DNA of 50,072 bases, filler included, from Bipalium vagum (lineage: Eukaryota): NCBI GenBank assembly GCA_037834085.1. It is 3 parts of 3 records of this genome, joined end to end, with 100 filler letters (N's around TTAATTAATTAA, not from the genome) between each part and the next. Parts side by side here need not be neighbours in the genome. Positions count along the whole stretch, not along the records: positions 1 to 16,927 come from JBBMKC010085840.1; 2 more parts are not named here. One strand, written 5' to 3'. Positions 1-10,586 of the stretch are shown here, one piece after another. A program made the position numbers and the translations under genes. Position 1 is the first letter of the stretch. Each line of letters starts with the position of its first letter. A model generated the notes under the pieces. That model was not told the origin of the DNA, made no database searches, and worked only from the letters and a program-made list of their open reading frames with translations.

Positions 1-717
1 ATAATTGAAGAGCCTTCATAAATAGATTGTCTGAAAAGAAAGGTAAGAAGGCATGTGGTTTGATAATTCTGAAATAAGATAAACTGAACAGTAACTTTAG
101 ACTAAAATGAAGAGTGCAAATATTGAGTTACAGAAGTTAAAAATTGATTATCATATACTTTAATAGATAATATAATATTTAATAATAATAATAATAATAA
201 ATGTGATACCATAGGGAATTTTAATGTTACCAGCAAGCAAAATAAGTAAAATTAAACTTCAACTTGTTATCCGGATGGGAAATAAGCATATTTGTATGTT
301 TGCTTAACTAATATAATTATTTCACCACTATTTGAATTTATATTTATAATTTCTGTCCACAAAATATTACATAAAATATTACACATCAAAAACTGGATCA
401 ATTTAATATGACACTTAAATAATTTGACCAATTTATGCTTATAATCTAAATTAAATTTAATAAGACTTGTGTTTGTCTGTATATATTATTGAACCACTGC
501 GAAAGATACTCCTAATAATATTATCAGCTTTTGGCTCACTAACCAGTGGAACATTTCACTTTCGTTGAATCTAAAATATTTAATAAATGATAAATTATTT
601 ATTTAGAAATAAGAAACTAACCCAGCTCTCATATCAAGAAAATCTTTATTCATTTTAGTCTATCTTCATTATTTTAAAGTTTGTATTTATATCAGTTAAA
701 TCTGACACTACATAATA

Positions 718-1911
718 TTAGGTAGGTGCAAATATAATGTATCCTTTTGCACTGTTTAACTAAAGCATTTTTTAAACTAAACAATCCACTTTTTAAAATC
801 TAATTGTTATTCTTAGTAACATTCACTTGTTTAGGAGCATTAATTAAATAATAATTTAAAGTAAAATTTAAATATTTCATAATTTATTTAGAAATGAAAA
901 CTGTGTTTTAGATGTAGAAAAAGGACTTCTGTAAAATATATTTTTATGAGTTCAAGCTAGGCAGAAGCGCTGCGGAAACAGCACGAAATATTAATGCAGT
1001 ATGAGGCATAGGAAGCGTGAACAAAACAACAGTACAGTGTTGGTTCTTAAGGTTTGAAAACAATAATTATAGTCCGGAGGATAAAGAAGGTCATGGCCGT
1101 CCATCAGCTGTAGAAAATGATCAATTAGAGGCTGTCATTGAATCTGACCACAAGAAAACCACAAGATAAGTTGCAAAAGAACTTCAGGTTCACCATTCAA
1201 CAATTGTGAGACACCTAGGACAAATTGGAAAAGTGAAGAAGCTGGACAAATGGGTGACGCACGGGCTCAATGCAAACTAAAAATTACGCCCCTTTGAAGT
1301 TGCGTCTTCCCTTCATTTCCATTACAAGAACGATTCATTTCTCAATAGAATTGTAACATGTGATGAGAAATGGATCTTGTACGATAATAGGCAACGCTCT
1401 GGTTGGCTGGATAAAAATGAACGTCCAATAACGTTTCCGAAACAAAAATTGCAACAGAGAGGTAATGATAACTGTTTGGTGATGCGTACATGGTTTGATC
1501 CATTTCACTTTCCTGGATCCTGGAAAAACGATTACGTCCAACAGTTACGGTCAGCAAATCAACGATATGCACCAAAAATTACAAATTTTGAGTCCAGCTT
1601 TAGTAAACAGAAAAGGACCAATTATTCTTCAGCATAATGCAAGACGACACATCGCAATATCAACCTTGCAGAAATTTAACGAACTGGGTTACAAAATTCT
1701 GCTTCATCCTCCATATTCCCCAGACTTAGCATCAATAGACAAATAGGTTACTTTTTAAACGTCTACTTTTTAAACTACTTTTTTAAACATCTACAAAACT
1801 TCCTTCAAGGTAATTGCTTCAATAACCAAGCCGACGCTGAAAACGCCTTCTTGGAATTTATGAGGTGAAGTTTGGAGTTATAAAAGATGCATTATGTTTG
1901 CACCAACCTAA
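718..1911 (+). mobile_element. Mariner DNA transposon, cecropia subfamily (Hsmar1-like), both ends intact but transposase dead
   Basis: Left TIR TTAGGTAGGTGCAAATATAATGTATCCTTTT (718-) and right TIR reverse-complement TTAGGTTGGTGCAAACATAATGCATCTTTT (-1911). TA target duplications at 716-717 and 1912-1913. The internal reading gives a mariner transposase. Confidence 0.95.
912..1860 (+). pseudogene. Mariner transposase pseudogene
   Basis: Translation from ATG 912: ...YEFKLGRSAAETARNIN..., GRPSAVENDQL, IGKVKKLDKWVTHGL (WVPHEL motif), IVTCDEKWILYDN, LQHNARRH, HPPYSPDLASID. Several in-frame stops and frameshifts. Confidence 0.93.
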
Positions 1912-3367
1912 TATAATCAATCTAATATAAATTTGAAAAGGATTAAAAGCTTCAATAATATTGGATATCCTATCACCAGCCTTCCTATCGGAGCAAGACT
2001 CAAACACTTTATCCCCCTGGTGCTGTTCATATTCTTTTTTCAATATCTGAAAAAATAAATAAATAAATATACAAAAATAAAGAGCTCAATTTTTATTATG
2101 ATGACACAGAATGTTTAAGAGTAGAAAACTAAGACAAAGGAAACCAATTGGCAAGGGTAACTGAATACGAGAAAGTATCGATGACAGGAAATGATTCTTT
2201 GGTAAGAAGATTAGATGTAAGTTGAGATATCATAATAGCTCTGGTACATCTACATCAACAACACCTTAGTGAATTTCCTGAAGCTTTGGCAGAGCACCAA
2301 GACATAAAGACAGAATTATGAATTTGTTTAGCCAGGTAACAGAATTGGTGGTTACTCCAAAGGTTTAGGAAAGAATAGCAAAGCCTATATAACCCAGAAT
2401 AACAAAATGTAGAATGCCACAAGGAGAAACGAGATTAGATAAGATAAGTGTGGATCAGAGACAGATAAAAATTGGTTGGATGGGTACATCAAGAACGATG
2501 TATACACTATTGTGCTAGAGTAAGAGCAGTTACAGAAATAGCGACTCAGATAAGAGTTTGTTAATGGATTATTGTATTGTTCTGAAATATAACCATTTAT
2601 ACCAGTTGGATGATGACGAATTTGATCTCACAATTAACATTCAATCGAAAACTTTGGATGGTTAATTTTGTTTCAATATTAGAAATAAAGGTTGCGAGTT
2701 TCAAAACCAAAATAAGGATTGTTCAAACAATTAAAGTATTACCTCAAAAGTGGACCTTATTTTCATTATAATTATAGTAATTTATAACATAAATACCGAG
2801 ACTTTTCAATGAGACAGTGTTTTGATAAATTCAATTCATTTTAATAATGTTTGTCTTCATCAACAATATTATGCTAAAATGTCCGTAACCTTGTGGGTCA
2901 TCCTCGTATTTACTGAAAATTATTATTTTTCTTAGATTTTCTCTTTTCTCAGAGATACGGAAATGAAATGGGTAAAATCCGCTTTAGATGGTTTCAATGT
3001 TACTCCTTTGTTAAGATATTTCTGGAAAATGCAAAATATTAAAGCAAAATCCTTTTTTCTTCGAGATTGCTTCGATCTTCGGAACAGTGTGACAAGCAAA
3101 ATTGAGATAGAAACAGAGCAAATTGTTTGTCAATACAATTGTTTGTTTCTCAATACATTCATTCAGCGTTTCCTCTAGGGAATCAATAATTAATAAAAAG
3201 AACAGGAAGTGTTCAGGTGAAATTTGAAAATGTGTCGTGCGAGTCGATAGTTGTAAAGAGAACAATAGAGATAGGATAATAAAATAGGAGAGAACATTAA
3301 CATCTTTGCTGAAAATGGATAAATAAGCAATGAAAATATTCTCCCACTTTTAGTTTGACGATATATC

Positions 3368-4227
3368 ATGATATTCCCTTTTTGTTTCATCCTCCTGTTA
3401 CCAATAATCGATTCAAGCATATTCTACCGTTCTATTAAGAAGTGTATTCCTCCAAATCCAGAAAGACTGGCATTGTCGTCTTTGATCGAATGTGCTGTTC
3501 AATGTCACGTGATCGATTGCACCGATTTCCAATTTCAATCGAACACAATGATTTGTCTTTGGTTTGGATCAGATGAAATAAGTCAAACCAGTCCCAAATG
3601 TTTCCCTGAAACAGTTTTTGTCTCCACTAAAAAATTTTTCATAAAGGTGAGAACAGGTTTAATGAAAAATATATAATCATTTATTTTTAGTCTCACATGA
3701 AAGTAAAAGGTCCTCAGCTTGATTTTTGGAAAAAAATTATTATTGATATTGATTTAAAGGAACATGAATATTCCATAGGCCGAATAAGTGCATCCAGCTC
3801 TTTGATTAAGTTTAAAAATAACTCTGTTCTCATTGTTTTAGGAGTTGAAAGGGATAGCAAGCTATTTATATTGAAACATCCTTTAAACCAATGTCTGATG
3901 AACATGTACCAAAACCAATGTTATCAAGTCCTTAATGAGATAGCAAAGTTCGCAACCAACGGCCTTTGTGTACATTATGCTAAGTGTAGTCTGGATATTA
4001 GAAGACTGACTTCAAAACCTGGGAATCCGAATGTGATTTTTGTTGTTAAGCGGAGAGATACGAGTCTTGCTATTCGTATTGAAGCAATAATGGAAAAGAA
4101 GTGTCACTTGATCTTTGATGGGGAAGTCGAAGGTAGACTTAAGCAAGATGCTCTCAATAGCTACAAAATCTGTCCGTCGTCGGAATTAGTAGAAGAAAAG
4201 ATCTGTCTACTATTGCCTAAATGGTAA
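3368..4227 (+). CDS. Predicted secreted protein (271 aa) with N-terminal PAN/Apple-like Cys domain; exons 3368-3646 and 3691-4227
   Basis: A 44-nt phase-0 GT..TTTTTAG intron (3647-3690) joins the two listed ORFs in frame. Hydrophobic signal peptide MIFPFCFILLLPIIDS. The motif SLIECAVQCHVIDCTDFQFQSNTMICLW fits the PAN pattern C-x3-C..C-x2-F-x-F..C. The C-terminal domain is not recognised. Confidence 0.75.
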
Positions 4228-4399
4228 GATAATGTACAACGAAATCCAATTTATAAAAGAATCAGAAGAAATGGTTCTGTCTAGATCTAGTTTGGAGAAT
4301 ATTCATATTAACACTCATGACATTTCACTTTTTATTTGAATACATTTTTGTTTAAGTATTTTTGTGATCTTTTGTAACAATATTCAATCCTGTTATAAA

Positions 4400-4600
4400 A
4401 GAAGTTTGATATTGGTGGTTAGCCATTATTCTCGTGTATCAATTTTTAAAGACACTCCAAAAGTTTTCAATCGAACGACAGTCGGACATGTATGGAGGGT
4501 TATCATGCTTCTCTACAAAGTTAATATTTTTTGGTAAAAGATATCCTTGTCAAATCTTCTGAAAAGATATGTTGACCATCAGAATGATATTATGTAATTA
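4400..4600 (+). mobile_element. Possible MULE transposase C-terminal fragment
   Basis: A short NRTT..EGYHASLQ reading resembles the MULE RTNN..EGWH motif; very degraded. Confidence 0.25.
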
Positions 4601-4703
4601 AAAAACGGTTTTCAGGATTGATTTTTCATTATTTAACTTGAAAATAAATAAGGAGTAGAAATACTTTCACCAGTTTTGGAAAACATAAATTTTAATTTTA
4701 AAA

Positions 4704-5290
4704 ATGGAGAATGAGATCTTCAATATCAATAAAAAGAGTTTAAGTAAAAAATTTACTTTTCAAATAAAAACAAAAGAATGTCATAAATATTTTCAAATAA
4801 AATTAATTACAGATTTAATTGTAAATGCTGTCACCTAACTCATATTAAAAATCGGAGAAATATTCCAGAAAACAAAATAAAATATAATGATTATCATAGA
4901 AATAGAAATCAAAAAAATCCAATGCTAAAATTTAAACAAAATTTATACTACTTTAAATAGAGTTTTAAAAGAATAAAGAGAATCTAAACATTCAAAAGAA
5001 TTATTTGGATGTAGTTTTGATTTTCTATATGAAAGGTTTTAATTTTATGATGGAATGACATGAGAAAATCAAGGAAAATATTGGAAAAAAAGATCATGTT
5101 TTACAAATTTCAAATTTTAATTTATATAACAAAATACATTTAAATTTTGTAATAACTGAAAAAAATTAAGACCCTTAACTGTTCAAAAGAATTTATCAAA
5201 AAGTAATAAAGTAGATTATTAGCAATATATTTCAAGAAATTAAAAAATATTTTATAAAGAAATATGAAAAAGAAATGATAATCTTTAATA
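4704..5290 (+). pseudogene. HNH/endonuclease VII-like nuclease pseudogene of the type found in large DNA viruses and Polintons
   Basis: Joined frames read FNCKCC...KELFGCSFDFLYERF*FYDGMT*ENQGKYWKKDHVLQISNFNL...FCNN*KKLRPLTVQKNLSKSNK. This matches the LGCS..F..GMTWENYG.W.IDH..P...F.L....C..Y.NLQPL...NLSK family pattern. Confidence 0.75.
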
Positions 5291-5465
5291 ACTTTTTAAA
5301 ACAATTCATTTCCATTATCTTTCAAAAAAACATTATTTCATGAATAAATAAAAATAATAATTTTAAAAACGAAAAACTTTCTGGTTGGAACAAAAGAATA
5401 AATAAAGAATATAGATAATAATAATTTAGTATGTTAGTTTTATATTAAAAATATTCTTTTATAAA

Positions 5466-5759
5466 ATGAATAATTATCTGCAAAATTTTAATAAAATAAG
5501 ACAACATATAATTTCGACTTCTAATGATGAAAGTTTTATTAATTCTGTTAATAAAATTAATGATTATTTATTAATACCTGATAATCTAACCCTATTTAAC
5601 AATAATAAGAAAATCGAAGATAAGGAAAAAAATGCTGAAGAATATTTACAAACAAATTTAATAGAAGTAATGAATAATATGAAAAAAATATCTAAAAGGA
5701 TGTTGTACATTGATCAAAGTCTAGCAGGAGGTTCAAAAGTTATAGAAATACTTAAATAA
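5466..5759 (+). pseudogene. Fragment of an unidentified ORF within the viral element (decayed coding region continues to about 6160)
   Basis: N/K/I-rich open frame of 97 aa among broken frames on the same strand, lying between the HNH gene and the convergent capsid gene. Confidence 0.4.
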
Positions 5760-6464
5760 TATTTACTCAATCAAAGTCATTTAATAAATAATACTCTTTT
5801 TAATGGAATAAATATTGGTAGTATTTATTATTATTTATCTCAATCAATTAAATCATTTAATAAAATAAAAAATTATTTATCTAATGAAAATATACATATT
5901 ATTAAATCAGATTTATATTTTTCAATAAACATCTAAAAACTTGCTTATCAATATCTAAGATTTAGATTACTATCTATTTCTATATATAATTTTGCTATAA
6001 TTAAAAAAGTTATTGAAAAAGTTGTTGCATTTTGGAAATTTTCTGACTTTAACGTTGATTATATAATTTATACCAATCTTCAAAGAGGTGGCTACGACGA
6101 TTATATGTCTTCCGATGAAGATGAAGTTCGGTCTTTAAATGACCATGATTTTGATTAGAGAAATATAATCAAATTAGTTAAAAGTAGTTTCAAGCTGTGA
6201 TACTCTTAAAATCAATATATTTATTACATTAATTAAAAATAGTCTAACAGAATTGTAACTTAATAATTGAATATTTTTAAATTAAATAAATAATTTTTTA
6301 CTCCTTAGTTTATGACGGAATATAAATAATTATTTGTAAGATTATAATTATTAACTAACTATTATGATTTTTAAAGAATAATTGTTTAATTTTTAACCTT
6401 ATTTTAAAAAGTAAATCAAAGATAATTCATAATCATTATTTTAAGCTATCTTTTAAGTTTTATT

Positions 6465-7714
6465 TTAGAGTTTTTGTCTAACTTTTGTTTCAATATTAAA
6501 CATTTTTCCACCTATTATTTTTATTTCCATAAATTTTTCCTGAAACATAACAACATTGATTTTACCTTTAAAATCTGAGTCTTTTAAAATATGTAAAGTT
6601 ACAACTGCAACATTAATACATAAATATTCTGGTTGATCTTATAAATCAAAACAAAATACAGAATATTAATTTTGAAATTCTAATAAACTTAATTGAGGAT
6701 CATTATTAAACTATTTACATGTTTTCACATAATTTGAAGTTCTATTATTTTTATCTTTTTCAAATTTTATAGCTTTTAAAGGATAGAATGAACTATTAAT
6801 TTGAACTCTTAAACTTTTTATTTTATTTTGAATAAACAAATTAATATTTTTATTCAAATTTAATTCTGATTTTCTAAAAGCAATACATATATATATAGGT
6901 TTATTTGGTACATTAAATAAATGTACTGTTTGTGTAGTTCCTTCCGTTAAATATCTTTCTTCACAATGTCTAGATAAAAAATTTATATTTATAGATTTTC
7001 CATCATTTATTCTTGACAAAAGAATTAATTCACTAGATGGTTTTAATTGTAATTCTGGAATAAATAGTTTTAAATTCAATTATGTTGTACCAAGCGTTGC
7101 CGTTTCTCCTTGGAGTTCATAAAATATTTCTATATCAATATCAATTCTTCTTGTAAATATTAATTCTCTTTGCATTTTATAAATTACACTCTTATAATAT
7201 TGTAAAAATCCAAACATTAATTTTAATGGAAATTCTTCTATATGCTTATTATTTGAGTATATATTTTTACTAGTTTTAAATCTTTTATTATCTTTAGTTT
7301 CATTATCTTTGATTTTATCTGGAATCCAATCATATTTGGATTATTATTATTTTTATCAATCATTACAAAATTAGTTATAGAATTTGACGAACCAACATTT
7401 TCAATTGTTTCTATTTCAGTTCAACCTAATTTTAAAGTAGTATTATTAGAAAATAAATATTGAAAGAAGTTATTTTGTTAAGTTATTTTTTTACCATCTT
7501 TCATATCTTGAATTTCAAATTAAAAAGCTAAAATTAATTCTGATAAATCTAAATCATTTACCAATTGTACTAAAGAAAAAGTTAGATTTCCATTAGTATT
7601 TAAGTTTGTTGCAGTTGCAGGATTTATATAAATTTCTAAATACTCACATTTTTAGTTTTTAGATCTTGATGATAGTATTAATAATTAATTGTTATTTAGA
7701 TTTAATTTAGACAT
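6465..7714 (-). pseudogene. Polinton/adintovirus-type double-jelly-roll major capsid protein pseudogene
   Basis: About 1.25 kb from ATG at 7714 (MSKLNL) to TAA at 6465. Motifs NLNTNGNLTF, NNFFQYLFS..LKLG*TEIETIENVG, PLKLMFGFLQYYKSVIYKMQRELIFTR, KPIYICIAF, IKSLRVQINSSFYP and PQLSLLEF..YSVFCFDL*DQPE occur in the order expected for Polinton MCPs. Multiple stops and frameshifts. Confidence 0.82.
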
Positions 7715-7739
7715 TTTTATTAAAAAATTTGAAAAATAA

Positions 7740-8265
7740 AATTTTTAAAAAAGCAGAATGTTTTACACTTTTTTCTTCTAAATTAATAAAAAATAATTAT
7801 TTTGTTCTCTCATATGTAAATTATATAAATAATCAAATTCATCTTTTTCTATAGTACTTACTAACATTTTAGGATATATTTAATCTGTATCTGATTTTGA
7901 AATCTTAAATAAAATTAAAACATTTGCATTATTTCTTATACGTCTTAAAAGTATAATCAAAATATTATTGAAATAAATATATTACTAAACATTTATTATA
8001 CCTTCCGCTTGTAAAATATATTTCAATTATATGTTAATTTTTTTCATTTATTACATCATCAAAAAAAATTAAATCTTTCTTATTTTTTACTAATTTATCT
8101 GGAGCTTGAATTTCATTTGCTTTATCAAAAAATAATTAAATTGTTGTAATCAATATAATATTTTTTTAATAACATATTATATAATAACATTGTTTTTCCA
8201 GACTAATAAGGATCAACAATTAACATTCTAAAATTTTGTGGCAAATTATAATGAATTTTAAATTT
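7740..8265 (-). pseudogene. A32/FtsK-like viral DNA-packaging ATPase pseudogene
   Basis: LPQNFRMLIVDPY*SGKTMLL (degraded Walker A), KDLIFFDDV (Walker B), YFTSGRYNKCLVIYLFQ*YF (degraded GRH..Q motif) and RRIRNNANVLILFK. Confidence 0.88.
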
Positions 8266-8332
8266 TACGTCTCAGGAGGCCCAACTTCGTTTCGCGAAAA
8301 GCTCACTTAAGTTTTACCGACTTCGTCTTAGA

Positions 8333-8790
8333 TCAAACTTGTGTGAGGTGTATAGTAAAACTTATTTCTTCTACATTAAAATTAACTAATTCTATATTAT
8401 TATCAAATATCTTAAATTTTATTTCAGAAATATCTCTTGTAACTAAAGGATGATAAATTGGAAAATTTTGGTCTTTCAATGATTCTATATCCTCTTGGAA
8501 CATTATTCGAAGGAAAATCAAAAATAATATTTTTTCTTCTACCATTATAAAGCCTCCTTCTACAATATTGCAATCAATCACGATTTTATTTATCTTTGAA
8601 ATTTTCACTGTTTTTGATTCAAAAAACTTTTTTTATAAAATTTTTTTAAAAATCCATACAATTCAGCAATTGAATTATCTGGAGAAGAAACAATACAACC
8701 TTTAAATATTCTCATTAAATAGTTTGAAGAAATTGGTTTACCATTAATTTTTATATAATATTCCTCTTATTTTAATGGTTCTCAATTTTC
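8333..8790 (-). pseudogene. Polinton-type minor capsid (penton) protein pseudogene, 5'-truncated
   Basis: DNSIAELYGF..KISKINKIVIDCNIVEGG(fs)NGRRKNIIFDFPSNNVPRGYRIIERP(fs)PIYHPLVTRDISEIKFKIFDNNIELVNFNVEEISFTIHL. This is the typical C-terminus of Polinton minor capsid proteins. Confidence 0.85.
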
Positions 8791-8799
8791 TTAACTCAG

Positions 8800-9503
8800 T
8801 AGATAGATAAGAATGGAGATACAAAAAATCTAAATTCACGAAATCATCTCTAAGCATTCGGACAAACTCTTGGTTGTCCAATTTCAAAATTGCATTGAAG
8901 CACATCATCAGGTGAAAAGTTAAATATGCACCTCAGCTCCAGTTTTCTTAAAGTTGAGATATATTTTAATCGACAAAATTAAATTGCATTATACTAATAA
9001 CCATATTCGACTTAGAGAAAGGGGAATTTTGTGGAATGTGACGAAGTGAAACTCAATTTTAATGTAAATTGAAATCGTGGGAAAGGTCCAAGAGAACAGA
9101 TTTGAGAATAATGAATTTTAGATACTTCAAAAACTCCTTCTAAAGGATTTTGTCAAATCATTTAACATAAGAAAAGTGAAACTATTTGCCTATTATTTAT
9201 AATGTTGTACGTCCAGGATCAATCATAAGCACGGATGAACACAAATCTTATAAAGCTTGCTTTAAAATACGTAAATCAATCCCTAACTCATAAGTATAAC
9301 AACCTGAAACGGTAGTGCATACTCAATACGTAGAAAGTTATCACAATAAGTTAAAATTGCGTATCAAAATGACGAAAAGCATGAACAATGGTAAAAAAAA
9401 CGATTTATTTATCCTTGAATTCGTTTGGCTACATACCTTCAAAGAAAAAACTTTTGAAAAAAGATTGGAATTACTAAAATATGAAAATGTATTGACAAAT
9501 TGA
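8800..9503 (+). mobile_element. Merlin (IS1016/IS1595-like, ISXO2 DDE) transposase pseudogene
   Basis: VECDEVKLNFNV..NRGKGPREQ, LPIIYNVVRPGSIISTDEHKSY and VHTQYVESYHNKLKLRIK..FILEFVW give the D..D..E motifs of ISXO2-like transposases. TIRs were not resolved. Confidence 0.85.
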
Positions 9504-10586
9504 ATTAAATCAATTTTGTATCGTCAGATAAAATTGACAAAATTTGTATCATAAATTCTTTAAGTTAAAAAATAATTTGCCTTAATAGGTATTAAGGTAC
9601 GCTAAAAGTTAAAATACGGTTAGAATTTTAATAATAAACTTAAATTTTTTAGGTTAAAAAAATTGCCCTAATCTTATTTATTAATTGATCCAAGTTTTCT
9701 AATGTATAATATCTTATGTAATATTTTTCTTACAGAACTTATTTTTCAATCATATAAATTCAAATAATTGTGAAATAATTACATATTAGTTTAACATAAA
9801 AATTTTTTATTAAAATACACAATTGCTTATTCCTTATTCGGATAATAAGTTGAATTTTAATTTTTAAAAATTTAAAGTACTTTCTAATTAATCCGAATTT
9901 TCTATTATTATTTATTATTATTATTATTTTGTTGTTATTATTATTTCAATAATTATTCAACCCAGTATATAGAAATAGCACCATAAAACGGTATACGGCA
10001 GAACAGAGATTAAAAGTAAAATCAAACTTTTCATTGTGAAATAAAAGGTTGAATATATAAAAACACCTTACGCATGAAATGATTTCAGAAACATTCAATT
10101 TATTGCTACATGAACCGTCATTTTCACAAATGAACAATGCGTTGCCATGAAGATTTCGTAGCGGTTAACGGAAACTGACATATTCACATTCGATATAGTG
10201 ACAGGCACAAACGTGTTGACAATTTTTACAAAGATATACATTCAGTAAAAATCTCATCATTGAAAAATAAACCTTTTTATATATAACAAAAAGAAACATA
10301 ATTTCCAAACGTCTTTCAGGTTTCAGCCAAGTATGGGTGAATTTCCTTTTTTATCACTAATGTAACATCGATATTTTTATGGTTTACAGCTGAACGATGT
10401 TTTAAGAAGAGGTAAGGTTTTGAAACAATTCGTTAAACAAAAATCAATAACACTTAAAGAATATTGATTTATCGATTTTATGTCAAAAGTAAAAAGCATC
10501 CAAATTCTAAAAAGTTTTCCGAATATTGCCAAAATGAAAGAGATGTCTCTTTGAAAAGATCCTTAAAGATTTCCTTAAATCTTGAA

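Larger units (their letters stand above)
4700..8790. mobile_element. Decayed endogenous Polinton/Maverick (adintovirus)-like viral element
   Basis: Intronless, extremely AT-rich cluster of pseudogenes: HNH endonuclease (+), unknown ORF(s) (+), major capsid, A32-like ATPase and minor capsid (all minus). Termini were not identified. Confidence 0.85.

Noticed and set aside
9946-10260. Cys-rich minus-strand reading as an EGF-like exon
   Set aside because: It has an in-frame stop and no consistent EGF spacing or splice sites; it more likely lies in or beyond the EGFR 3' UTR.
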